Source: Ferrovibrio sp.
Lineage (GTDB): Bacteria > Pseudomonadota > Alphaproteobacteria > Ferrovibrionales > Ferrovibrionaceae
Length of the DNA stretch: 64,000 nt
Direction of reading: 5' to 3'
NCBI RefSeq assembly: GCF_036381655.1
Contig: NZ_DASVCJ010000020.1
Span: 21,484 to 85,483, forward strand
In this document: in pieces, positions 55,489-64,000 of the stretch
Layout: every line of letters begins with the position of its first letter
How positions within the stretch are numbered: the stretch's first letter is position 1
Notes under the pieces: model-generated
Database searches by the model: none
Seen by the model: the letters and a program-made list of their open reading frames with translations, nothing else
What the model was told of the DNA's origin: nothing
Position numbers and translations under genes: made by a program

Positions 55489-55689
55489 TTATTGCATGCG
55501 GCGCGACCAATCCTCCACCTGCCGCTCGGCTTCTTCCTTGGCGACCCCGTAGCGTTCCTGAATCCGCCCGACCAGCTGGTCGCGGTTGCCGGCGGCGCGC
55601 TCGACATCGTCGTCGGTCAGATCGCCCCATTGCTCGCGCACCTTGCCCCGCATCTGCTTCCAGTTGCCTTTCAGTTGATCCCAGTTCAT
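55489..55689 (-). CDS. csbD: CsbD/YjbJ-family stress protein
   Basis: MNWDQLKGNWKQMRGKVREQWGDLTDDD...LVGRIQERYG; AGGAG SD. Confidence 0.95.
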   Translation of the reverse strand: MNWDQLKGNWKQMRGKVREQWGDLTDDDVERAAGNRDQLVGRIQERYGVAKEEAERQVEDWSRRMQ

Positions 55690-55728
55690 CGCTTGCTCCT
55701 TCATCGCGCCCGATGCGCGCGTTGGAAA

Positions 55729-55754
55729 AACATCCGACGAAGGGCGGGTGTTCC
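55729..55754 (-). promoter_or_regulatory. Sigma-EcfG type promoter of csbD
   Basis: GGAAC-N17-TGTT on - strand. Confidence 0.65.
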
Positions 55755-55773
55755 TCGCGGGCGGCGAGGGCGC

Positions 55774-56490
55774 CTATTCCGTCCGGGCGCCTTTGCGCCG
55801 CTCCATCTCGCGCCGCAGGCTGTCGCGCCATTGCGCGCGCAATACCGCCGGGCGCTGCGGATAGCGCTCGTCGAGGAATTCGGCGGCAAGGACGCGGTCG
55901 GTGCGGAAATGGCGGAAATCCTGCCGCAACTCGCACCAGGCGGCGACGATGCGCACCGTCTGCATGAAACCGAGCGTGACCGGCCAGATGACGCGCCGCG
56001 TGGTGCGGCCCTCGACATCGGCGTAATCCAGCGCCAGCTTGCGGCCGAGCCGGATCTGCGCGCGCAGCTGCGCCAGGTCGATGCGGTCCGGCGGCCGCGG
56101 CTCGCCCGATTGCGAAACGATGGAGGCCGGCTCGGCCAGATAGGGCCGCAGCTTCTCCGGCACCGCGGCCTCGATCTTGGCGATCAGGTCCTGCGCCGCC
56201 CGCGCCAGCGCCGGATCGCCCTGGCCCGCCACCCATTGCGCGCCGAGCACGGCGGCCTCGATCTCGTCCGGCGTCAGCATCAGCGGCGGCATGTCGTAGC
56301 CTCCTTCCAGCACGTAGCCGAAGCCGGCTTCGCCACGGATCGGCACGCGCTGGCCGATCAGGTCGGCGATGTCGCGATAGACCGTCCGCAACGAGCATTC
56401 CAGCTCGGCCGCGATTGCTTCGCCGGTCAGCGGCGCCCGTGCCCGGCGCAGAATCTGGATGATCTGGAACAGGCGGTCGGCGCGGCGCAT
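55774..56490 (-). CDS. YafY-family HTH-WYL transcriptional regulator
   Basis: MRRADRLFQIIQIL, LRTVYRDIADL, GEAGFGY and WCELRQDFRHFRTDR motifs. Confidence 0.95.
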   Translation of the reverse strand: MRRADRLFQIIQILRRARAPLTGEAIAAELECSLRTVYRDIADLIGQRVPIRGEAGFGYVLEGGYDMPPLMLTPDEIEAAVLGAQWVAGQGDPALARAAQDLIAKIEAAVPEKLRPYLAEPASIVSQSGEPRPPDRIDLAQLRAQIRLGRKLALDYADVEGRTTRRVIWPVTLGFMQTVRIVAAWCELRQDFRHFRTDRVLAAEFLDERYPQRPAVLRAQWRDSLRREMERRKGARTE

Positions 56491-56528
56491 GGCGAAATGT
56501 CCTGGGATCGCATCCTGGATGGCGGCTC

Positions 56529-56546
56529 CTGACAGCATGCTGTCAG
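56529..56546. promoter_or_regulatory. Perfect 18-bp palindrome between the WYL regulator and GST genes
   Basis: CTGACAGCATGCTGTCAG. Confidence 0.75.
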
Positions 56547-56591
56547 CAGGACGGGCGTACAAGAGGGCAACGATGCTGAACAGGAGAGAGT

Positions 56592-57407
56592 GTGATGACC
56601 GCCGCGATCCCGGCCGATGCGAGACAGAGCGACAAGACCCCGATCATCCTTTACGGCTTCGGCCCCTGGATGGGCCTGCCGGATGCCAGCCATTATACGG
56701 TCAAGACCGAAATCCAGCTGCGCATGGCGAAGCTGCGATATGTGAAGGACGTCACCGGCTTTGCCGCCGCGCCGAAAGGCAAGCTGCCCTATATCCGCGA
56801 TACCGACGGCAGCGTGGTGGCCGATTCCACGTTCATCCGCGCCCATATCGAGCGCAGCCGCGGCCTCGATCTCGATGCCGCGCTCAAGCCGCGCCAGCGC
56901 GCCGAGGCCTGGGCGGTCGAGCGAATGCTGGAGGATCATCTCGGCTGGGCGATCGCCTGGTTCCGCTGGGTGCCGGAAGAGGCGTTCCAGGCCGGCCCGG
57001 CGCGCTTCTACGATGCCGCGCCGGCGGAACTGCAGGACGATCTGCGCAATGCGGCGCGGGCGCGGGTGATCTCCAATCTGCAGGCGCACGGCCTGGGCCG
57101 GCATGCCTATGACGAGATCGCCGAACTCGGCCTGCGCTCGCTGAATGCCCTGGCCATGCTGCTGGGCGGCGGCGACTATCTGTTCGGCAGCGGCATGAGC
57201 GCGGTGGACGCCACCGCGACGGCCTTCCTGGCGACGCTGACCGTTCCGCCGCTGGCCTCGCCGCTGCGCGACCGCGTCCTGCAGCTCGACAACCTGACCG
57301 ACTACACGCAGCGCAACATGGCGCGCTTCTTTCCGCCGGTGCCGAAACCCGCCGCCATGCCCGCGCTGCACGGCGATGCCGAACGGGAACTGATGGCGGC
57401 GGGCTGA
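56592..57407 (+). CDS. Glutathione S-transferase-like protein (metaxin/FAX-like)
   Basis: APKGKLPYI, VADSTFIRAHIE, ERMLEDHL and YLFGSGMSAVDA motifs. Confidence 0.9.
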   Translation: MMTAAIPADARQSDKTPIILYGFGPWMGLPDASHYTVKTEIQLRMAKLRYVKDVTGFAAAPKGKLPYIRDTDGSVVADSTFIRAHIERSRGLDLDAALKPRQRAEAWAVERMLEDHLGWAIAWFRWVPEEAFQAGPARFYDAAPAELQDDLRNAARARVISNLQAHGLGRHAYDEIAELGLRSLNALAMLLGGGDYLFGSGMSAVDATATAFLATLTVPPLASPLRDRVLQLDNLTDYTQRNMARFFPPVPKPAAMPALHGDAERELMAAG

Positions 57408-57504
57408 ATGCCCTGCGCCAGCCGGCCTGCGTCAGCGGCCAGGCGCCGTTTCGCCCGCTGTATCGGTCGCCTATTCGGCCGGCTCGAAGGCCTTCGCCCC
57501 GATT

Positions 57505-57651
57505 TCAGGCGTCTTCGCTGCAGGACTGCCGCCCGGCCCGGTTGACGGTCCGGTTGACGGTCCGGCTTGCGGCCTGGCCTCCGGCCGGGCCGCCTCGGTT
57601 TCGGCCTCGCGCGAGGCGTTTCCACCATGGCGATTCCACGCCGCGACACAT
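57505..57651 (-). CDS. Putative 48-aa small protein (below the ORF-track cutoff)
   Basis: AAAGGAGA SD 6 nt before ATG; MCRGVESPWWKRLARGRNRGG...SCSEDA*. Confidence 0.35.
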   Translation of the reverse strand: MCRGVESPWWKRLARGRNRGGPAGGQAASRTVNRTVNRAGRQSCSEDA

Positions 57652-57739
57652 GATCAGTCTCCTTTCGATAAGGACGACTGTCCCGCGATATGGACCGAGG
57701 CGGCCGTCCTATCAAGCCGCGGCAGCCGATGCGCCCTGT

Positions 57740-57753
57740 TTGCTCTGCCGCAA
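57740..57753. promoter_or_regulatory. NnrR-like (Crp/Fnr) box
   Basis: TTGCT-CTGC-CGCAA versus TTG(C/T)G-N4-C(G/A)CAA, in the norB upstream region. Confidence 0.4.
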
Positions 57754-58010
57754 CGAAACAACGCTGCGGGAATGCTCTACCACGCCTCGCTTCCACGCAG
57801 ATGCGGCAGGCGATGCGGGCCGCAACCAGAACCCTGTCAATGTCCTATTTGCGGTTGTCTTGACGATTTAAAAGGCGCAAGAATGAAACAGCTTGAGAAT
57901 GGCGGAGCGCGTTTTGCCTCCTGCAGCAGTGTTGAAGCCGAGTCCGTAGACGCCTGGATTGCCGAAGCCTGGGTCATCCCCCCTTGCTTCCCGAACGCGG
58001 AGGACTTCAC

Positions 58011-60317
58011 ATGAACAGCACCAAGACGCTCTGGGGTCTTCTGGCCGCCCTTCTGATCGCCTCCTTCGGCGTTCTGCTATGGACGGGCGAGCAGATCTAT
58101 CAGAAGGCGCCGCCGATGCCCGAGCGGGTCGTCTCCGCCGACGGCAAGGTCGTCTATACCCGGGACGATATCGAAAAGGGCCGCCAGGTCTGGCAGTCGA
58201 TGGGCGGCATGCAGCTCGGTTCGATCTGGGGCCATGGCGCCTATGTCGCGCCGGACTGGAGCGCCGATTTCCTGCACCGCGAGATCATGGCGCTGCTCGG
58301 CGCCTGGGCGCAGCGCGATTTCGGCAAGAGCTACGATGCGCTTAACGAAGAGCAGAAGGCGGCGTTGCAGGGCCGCGTGAAGGCGCGCATGCGGGCGAAT
58401 ACCTATGATGCAGCGACGCAGACGATCACGCTGGGCGCCGACCGCGCCGCCGCCATCGCCGCCGTCGCCTCGCATTACGAAAGCCTGTTCGGCGACGATC
58501 CGCAGACGGCGCAGCTGCGCGACGATTACGCCATGAAGGACAACACCGTGCCGGACGCGGAGAATCGCCGCGCGCTGACCGCCTTCTTCTGGTGGACCGC
58601 CTGGGCCGCCGGCACCGACCGGCCCGACGACGACATCACCTATACCAACAACTGGCCGAGCGAGCCGCTGATCGGCAACGCGCCGCCGCCGAGCACCTTC
58701 CTGTGGTCGGCCTTCAGCGTGCTGTTCCTGATCGCCGGCATCGCCCTGCTCGGCTGGCATTATGCGGTGACGCATGACGCCGGCGCCGAGCCGCAGCGTT
58801 TGCCCGATTTCGATCCGATGCGCCATGTGCAGGCGACGCCGTCGATGCTGGCCACGGCGAAATATTTCTGGGTGCTGCTGGCGCTGTTCCTGGTGCAGAT
58901 CCTGTTCGGCGCGATGACGGCGCATTACCAGATCGAAGGCCAGTATGTGTACGGCTTCAAGCTGGCCGATCTGCTGCCCTATTCGATCACCCGCACCTGG
59001 CATACCCAGCTCGCCGTGCTGTGGATCGCGCTGGCCTGGCTCGGCACCGGGCTCTACATCGCCCCGGCGGTGTCCGGCTACGAGCCGCGCTTTCAGCGCC
59101 TGGGCGTGAACGTGCTCTGGCTCTGCCTGCTGGTCATCGTCGTCGGCGCCTTCGCCGGGCAATGGCTGGCGGTGATGCAGAAGCTCGGCCTGCCGAACAA
59201 CTTCATGTTCGGCCATCAGGGCTGGGAATATGCCGATATGGGCCGCTTCTGGCAGTGGTTCCTGTTCATCGGCCTGATGCTGTGGCTGTTCCTGGTCGGC
59301 CGCGCCCTGTGGCCGACCCTGCGCGGCCAGTCGGAAGCGCGCTCCATCGTCATGCTGCTGTTCCTCTCCACCGTGGCGATCGGCGTCTTCTTCGGCGCGG
59401 CGCTGATGTGGGGCGAGCATACCGCGCTGTCGGTGGTGGAATACTGGCGCTGGTGGCTGGTCCATCTCTGGGTCGAAGGCTTCTTCGAGGTGTTCGCCAC
59501 CGCCGTGATCGCCTTCCTGTTCACCCGCCTCGGCCTGCTGCAGGTGAGGATGGCGACCGTCGCCGTGCTGTTCGCCACCATCGTCTTCAGGGCCGGCGGC
59601 GTGCTCGGCACCCTGCATCACCTCTACTTCTCCGGCACGCCGACGCCGGTGCTCGCCCTGGGCGCCAGCTTCTCGGCGCTCGAGGTGGTGCCGCTCGCCT
59701 ATATCGGCTTCGAGGCCTACCACACCTACCGGCTGGGCGGCGCGACGCAGTGGATGCGGCGCTATCGCTGGCCGGTGATGTTCTTCATCGCGGTGGCCTT
59801 CTGGAACCTGGTGGGCGCCGGCCTGTTCGGCTTCCTGGTCAACCCGCCGCTGTCGCTCTACTACATGCAGGGCCTGAACCTGACCCCGCTGCATGGCCAT
59901 ACCGCCCTGTTCGGCGTCTACGGCATGCTCGGCATCGGCCTGGTGCTGTTCTGCCTGCGCGGCATGAAACCCGACCTCGCCTGGCCGGAAGGCATCCTGA
60001 AGTTCAGCTTCTGGTGCTTCAATATCGGCCTGGCGCTGATGGCTTTGCTGACGCTGCTGCCGCTCGGCACGCTGCAGCTCTTCGCCGCGCTCAAGCATGG
60101 CTATTGGTATGCCCGCTCGGAAACCTTCATGCAGCAGCCGATCATCGACCTGCTGGTCTGGATGCGCGTGCCGGGCGATACCATCTTCGCCATCGGCGCG
60201 CTGGCGCTTGCCGTCTTCGTCATCGGGCTGTGGGTCTTCCCGCGCCGCGAGGGCGAGCCGGCGCGGCAGGACGGCGGTGAGGCGACGCGGACGGCGCGGC
60301 GCGGCGCGGCCGAATGA
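58011..60317 (+). CDS. norB: Quinol-dependent nitric oxide reductase (qNOR, long-form NorB/NorZ)
   Basis: GSIWGHGAY, RTWHTQLAVLWI, VHLWVEGFFEVF, GTLHHLYF and HGHTALFG motifs; GGAGG SD before ATG 58011. Confidence 0.96.
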   Translation: MNSTKTLWGLLAALLIASFGVLLWTGEQIYQKAPPMPERVVSADGKVVYTRDDIEKGRQVWQSMGGMQLGSIWGHGAYVAPDWSADFLHREIMALLGAWAQRDFGKSYDALNEEQKAALQGRVKARMRANTYDAATQTITLGADRAAAIAAVASHYESLFGDDPQTAQLRDDYAMKDNTVPDAENRRALTAFFWWTAWAAGTDRPDDDITYTNNWPSEPLIGNAPPPSTFLWSAFSVLFLIAGIALLGWHYAVTHDAGAEPQRLPDFDPMRHVQATPSMLATAKYFWVLLALFLVQILFGAMTAHYQIEGQYVYGFKLADLLPYSITRTWHTQLAVLWIALAWLGTGLYIAPAVSGYEPRFQRLGVNVLWLCLLVIVVGAFAGQWLAVMQKLGLPNNFMFGHQGWEYADMGRFWQWFLFIGLMLWLFLVGRALWPTLRGQSEARSIVMLLFLSTVAIGVFFGAALMWGEHTALSVVEYWRWWLVHLWVEGFFEVFATAVIAFLFTRLGLLQVRMATVAVLFATIVFRAGGVLGTLHHLYFSGTPTPVLALGASFSALEVVPLAYIGFEAYHTYRLGGATQWMRRYRWPVMFFIAVAFWNLVGAGLFGFLVNPPLSLYYMQGLNLTPLHGHTALFGVYGMLGIGLVLFCLRGMKPDLAWPEGILKFSFWCFNIGLALMALLTLLPLGTLQLFAALKHGYWYARSETFMQQPIIDLLVWMRVPGDTIFAIGALALAVFVIGLWVFPRREGEPARQDGGEATRTARRGAAE

Positions 60318-60380
60318 GCGCATGCTGAGCCCCTGCCCGGCGGGCGCTGAGCGGATGCGGTTGCGGTAAGGGCGGGCCGG

Positions 60381-60773
60381 ATGGCGGTATTCTACCCGGA
60401 GATCCGGCTCGTCCATATCGCCGCCATCTCGCTCATGGGCCTGCTGTTCCTGCTGCGCGGCGCGCTGGCGCTGCGCCATGGCGGCGCCGCCTGGCTGCGC
60501 TATCTGAGCTACAGCGTCGACACGGTCTGGCTTACCGCCGCGCTGATGCTGATGACCATCCTGCAGCAATATCCCTTCATCGACGCCTGGCTGACGGTGA
60601 AGCTGCTGCTGGTGCTGGTCTTCGTCGCGCTGCGTCTGTTCGCGTTTTCACCAAGCGTGCCGCGCGCGCGGCGCATCGCGCTCTGGATCGCCGGCGCCGC
60701 CGTCTACGGCTTCATCGTCTCGATCGCCCGCACGCATGATCCGTGGGGATTTCTCGGCGGGATGATGGGATAG
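60381..60773 (+). CDS. SirB2-family membrane protein
   Basis: IRLVHIAAI, YSVDTVWLTAALML, WLTVKLLLV and ARTHDPWG motifs. Confidence 0.85.
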   Translation: MAVFYPEIRLVHIAAISLMGLLFLLRGALALRHGGAAWLRYLSYSVDTVWLTAALMLMTILQQYPFIDAWLTVKLLLVLVFVALRLFAFSPSVPRARRIALWIAGAAVYGFIVSIARTHDPWGFLGGMMG

Positions 60774-60822
60774 CGGCGCCGGCCGCCGCAAGGCCGCCAG
60801 CCAACCGCCGGCGCGGGCGGCG

Positions 60823-61082
60823 TTGCCATCAGGCATCAAGACTGCTCAGCAACTGAAGAAATTCGCAAAATGGCTGCGCGAAGACCCGCGCCGCACCAAG
60901 GTGAGCGGCCGGGTGTCCGGCGACCTGTTGCGCGCCGCCAAAAAGAAGGCCGCGTGACGAGTGACAGCGAGGTCATCAACCTCGCCCTGGCCCGGCTTGC
61001 CCTGGACGACAATGTCGGCGCCAAACTGGTCGCCCGAAAGGGCCGTCTACCGGCAGATCTGCCGCTCGCCATCGAAGATTGA
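60823..61082 (+). pseudogene. Frameshifted small RHH-like/antitoxin-like gene
   Basis: KVSGRVSGDLLRAAKKKA continues after a one-base shift near 60951 as (G)VTSDSEVINLALARLALDDNVGAKLVARKGRLPADL; start uncertain. Confidence 0.5.
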
Positions 61083-61390
61083 CCGGGAAGCCGCAGCGTT
61101 CGGGGACCTATGCGACTTGAGGAATTGGCCGCCATCGTTGGGACCGATCGCCCGCGCAACGGCGCCTATCCTATCGCCCGATAGGTGCCCTGCCCTATCG
61201 GACCGACCCGGCCAGCGTCCCGGAAGCGTTGCTGCTGTCTGCATATTTGATCTATATTTGTTCTCACCGTTGCTGTCCAGCGTGAATCCCTCCGCAAGGG
61301 CCGTTTAGGCGGCCTGTCAGGGGCGCGCCTGCGCGGCATAGGTAATTTGTGCAATGCCTTGAAAAACCGCGGGAACCGCCGGGCCGCGCG

Positions 61391-61490
61391 CGAAGAGCCA
61401 AAATAAGCCGGAATAGGCCGAAACAAGACGGAAATAAGCGCGAATGGTTCAAAATGGCGCAAAACGGTTCGGAATGGCGCAAAACGGTCC
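61391..61490. repeat. Array of ten degenerate 10-bp units with phased A-tracts
   Basis: cgaagagcca aaataagccg gaataggccg aaacaagacg gaaataagcg cgaatggttc aaaatggcgc aaaacggttc ggaatggcgc aaaacggtcc. Confidence 0.7.
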
Positions 61491-61794
61491 GCCGCGATCC
61501 GCCGCCGGCCCGGAATGGGCGACAGCGGTGCATAACGGCCGGCCATCGCGCAACAGCCGGCCATCGCAACGACTGGCCGCGGGCCGCAGCAAAATCCGGC
61601 GGCCGCCAGGACATCCCTTAAGACGTCCTTTTGAGCCATGCCTTGAGCCCGGCGCGCAACGCCGTCGAGAAAAACGCAATGCAGACCGGAGCATAAGGGG
61701 TTTACCGCCCCGCGGCGCCTCGCTACCGTGCCGGCTTCCGGGGCGACAACAAGGCCGGGCGGATCGCCGCCATTCGGCCAGAGGGAGGAAACCG

Positions 61795-62703
61795 GTGGCC
61801 GCCAGTGCCGCAACGTCACAATCGGGACCGCAATCCGCCGCGCCGCAGACCGCGCCCGCGCCGGCCCGGCCCGGCCTTGCCGGCTGTCCGGCCGTGCGGC
61901 TTTCCGGCCTGGAGATCACCTTCGGCGCCGGCTCGCTCCAGCGCCATTGCGCCGTGCGCGACATCGACCTCGCCGTGCAGCCGGGCGAATTCATCGCCAT
62001 CGTCGGGCCGACCGGCTGCGGCAAGAGCACCCTGCTGAACGCCACCGCCGGACTGCTGACGCCGAGCGCCGGCACGGTCGAGATCGACGGCGCGCCGCTG
62101 GCGGGACTGAACGCCAAGGCCGGCTATCTCTTCCAGCAGGACGCGCTGATGCCGTGGAAGACCGCGATCGACAACGTAGCCGTCGCGCTGGAGCCGCAGG
62201 GCGTGAAGCGCGGCGCGGCGCTGGCCCGCGCGCGCGACTGGCTGGGCCGGGTCGGCCTGGCGGCTTTCGTCGACCGCTATCCGCATATGCTCTCCGGCGG
62301 ACAGCGCAAGCGCGTCGCGCTGGCGCAGATGCTGATCCGCGATCCCGAGATTCTGCTGATGGACGAACCCTTCGGTCCGCTGGATGCGCAGACGCGCCAG
62401 ATCATGGGCAACCTGCTGCTCGACCTCTGGGCCGCGGAAGGCGGCGCCAGCGGCGACAAGAAGGCCTGCATGTTCGTCACCCACGACCTGGAAGAGGCGA
62501 TCGCGCTGGCCGACCGCGTGGTGGTGATGTCGGCCGGGCCGGCCGCGCGCATCGTCGGCGACTACAGCGTGACGCTGCCGCGGCCGCGCGACATCGCCGA
62601 AATCCGTATCGAGCCGGCCTTCCACGAGATCCACAAGGCGATCTGGGCCACCTTGCGCGTCGAGGTGCAGAAAGCCTACAGCCAGGGAGAGATACAGCCG
62701 TGA
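61795..62703 (+). CDS. ABC transporter ATP-binding protein (NitT/TauT family)
   Basis: GPTGCGKST, LSGGQRKRVALAQ, LMDEPFGPLD and FVTHDLEEAI motifs; GTG start after AGGGAGG. Confidence 0.92.
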   Translation: MAASAATSQSGPQSAAPQTAPAPARPGLAGCPAVRLSGLEITFGAGSLQRHCAVRDIDLAVQPGEFIAIVGPTGCGKSTLLNATAGLLTPSAGTVEIDGAPLAGLNAKAGYLFQQDALMPWKTAIDNVAVALEPQGVKRGAALARARDWLGRVGLAAFVDRYPHMLSGGQRKRVALAQMLIRDPEILLMDEPFGPLDAQTRQIMGNLLLDLWAAEGGASGDKKACMFVTHDLEEAIALADRVVVMSAGPAARIVGDYSVTLPRPRDIAEIRIEPAFHEIHKAIWATLRVEVQKAYSQGEIQP

Positions 62704-63494
62704 GAAGCCGCGCGCTGCTGATCGCCACGCAGGTGCTGGTCGCCGTTGCCGGCCTCGTGCTCTGGCATCTGCTCACCACCGTGCCGATGGGCGACGGCAA
62801 GCCGCTGGCGCCGCCCTTCTTCTTTTCCACACCGCTCGAAGTGCTCGGCCGCACCTGGAAGGACCTGACCGGCCCGGAGATCTGGGGCCATATCGGCATC
62901 ACCCTGCTCGAAACCGTGCTGTCCTTCGCCATCGGCGCCGCCGGCGGCATCGTCGTCGGCTTCGCCTTCGCCCGCCGCGCGCTGCTGGCCGCCATCTTCG
63001 ACCCCTATGTGAAGGCGGCGAACGCCCTGCCGCGCGTGGTGCTGGCGCCGATCTTCGCGCTGTGGTTCGGCCTCGGCATCTGGTCGAAGGTGGCGCTCGG
63101 CTTCACGCTGGTCTTCTTCATCGTCTTCTTCAACGTCTATCAGGGCGTGAAGGAGGTCAGCCCCACGGTGCTGGCCAATGCGCGCATGCTCGGCATGAAC
63201 GAGCGCCAGCTGATGCGCCATGTCTACTGGCCGGCGGCGCTGACCTGGATGTTTTCATCGCTGCATACATCGGTCGGCTTCGCGCTGGTCGGCTCGGTGG
63301 TCGGCGAATATCTCGGCTCGGCGGCCGGGCTCGGCTACAAGATTCACGAGGCGGAGGGCGTCTTCGACGTTACCGGCGTGTTTTCCGGCATGCTGGTGCT
63401 GTCGCTGTTCGTCATCGTCATCGACATGGCGGTGTCGCTGATCGAAAAGCGCCTGCTGGTCTGGCGGCCCGAGCCGGCCGCGCGCACGACGTAA
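62700..63494 (+). CDS. ABC transporter permease (NitT/TauT family)
   Basis: NALPRVVLAPIF, FGLGIWSKV and GEYLGSAAGLG motifs; GTG overlaps the ATPase stop. Confidence 0.92.
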   Translation: MRSRALLIATQVLVAVAGLVLWHLLTTVPMGDGKPLAPPFFFSTPLEVLGRTWKDLTGPEIWGHIGITLLETVLSFAIGAAGGIVVGFAFARRALLAAIFDPYVKAANALPRVVLAPIFALWFGLGIWSKVALGFTLVFFIVFFNVYQGVKEVSPTVLANARMLGMNERQLMRHVYWPAALTWMFSSLHTSVGFALVGSVVGEYLGSAAGLGYKIHEAEGVFDVTGVFSGMLVLSLFVIVIDMAVSLIEKRLLVWRPEPAARTT

Positions 63495-63521
63495 ACAGGC
63501 TTTTTATCAACGGAGGGAACG

Positions 63522-64000
63522 ATGAAGGTGAAGATGTTGATTGCAGCGGCGGTTGCGATGCTGCTGCTGGGCGGCGGCGCCAGCCAGGCCGCGCCGGAGA
63601 AGAGCAAGCTCACGCTCGGCGTCGGCGGCAAGCCGCTGCTGTACTATCTGCCGCTGACGATCGCCGAGCGGAAAGGCTACTTCAAGGAGGAAGGCCTGGA
63701 TGTGACGATCAACGATTTCGGCGGCGGCTCGAAATCGCTGCAGGCCCTGATCGGCGGCAGCGTCGATGCGGTGACCGGCGCCTACGAGCACACCATCCGC
63801 ATGCAGCAGAAGGGCCAGGATATCCGCGCCGTGATCGAGCTCGGCCGCTTCCCCGGCATCGTGCTGGCGGTGAAGAAGTCGCATGAGGGCAAGGTCAAGA
63901 CCGCGGCCGATTTGAAGGGCATGAAGATCGGCGTCACCGCGCCGGGCAGCTCGACCAACTTCTTCGTCGATTTCCTGATCGCCAAGGCCGGCGGCGATCC
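63522..64000 (+). CDS. ABC substrate-binding protein (NMT1/SsuA-like), truncated by the window edge
   Basis: GGAGGG SD, signal peptide MKVKMLIAAAVAMLLLGGGASQA, YFKEEGLDV and DLKGMKIGVTAPGSST; no stop within the window. Confidence 0.9.
   Translation, partial: MKVKMLIAAAVAMLLLGGGASQAAPEKSKLTLGVGGKPLLYYLPLTIAERKGYFKEEGLDVTINDFGGGSKSLQALIGGSVDAVTGAYEHTIRMQQKGQDIRAVIELGRFPGIVLAVKKSHEGKVKTAADLKGMKIGVTAPGSSTNFFVDFLIAKAGGD

Noticed and set aside
57867-57880. Second NnrR/FNR box close to norB (TTTAA-AAGG-CGCAA)
   Set aside because: Only one half-site matches
61258-61271. FNR box TTGAT-CTAT-ATTTG
   Set aside because: Right half-site is poor and there is no nearby start

Overview
GC-rich alphaproteobacterial (Rhodospirillales-like) chromosomal window. 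I saw no integrase, transposase or CRISPR array. Housekeeping genes: dcd, tRNA-Thr(GGT), fabI, aroC. Accessory modules, left to right: (1) a flippase-like/O-antigen-ligase fusion gene just downstream of the tRNA; (2) three tandem paralogous two-module pentapeptide-repeat genes, divergent from a PilZ gene; (3) a type I secretion ABC/MFP pair with a co-oriented DUF1593 nucleoside-hydrolase-like, cadherin-repeat protein as probable cargo; (4) a hypoxia/dormancy-type cluster bracketed by FNR/FixK-like boxes; (5) three ABC importers and a Pho-box-preceded Na/Pi symporter; (6) a partial atu-like acyl-CoA catabolic operon; (7) a PleC/DivJ-type kinase, an MCP-PilZ fusion and a Kef-type antiporter; (8) three genes with sigma-EcfG-type promoters; (9) a suhB/MmgR-like sRNA with an in-window candidate target; (10) a WYL regulator/GST pair; (11) a quinol-type NO reductase. 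Family and regulator assignments come from motif recognition and recall, not database searches. Several starts were moved from the ORF track using SD sites and paralog alignment.
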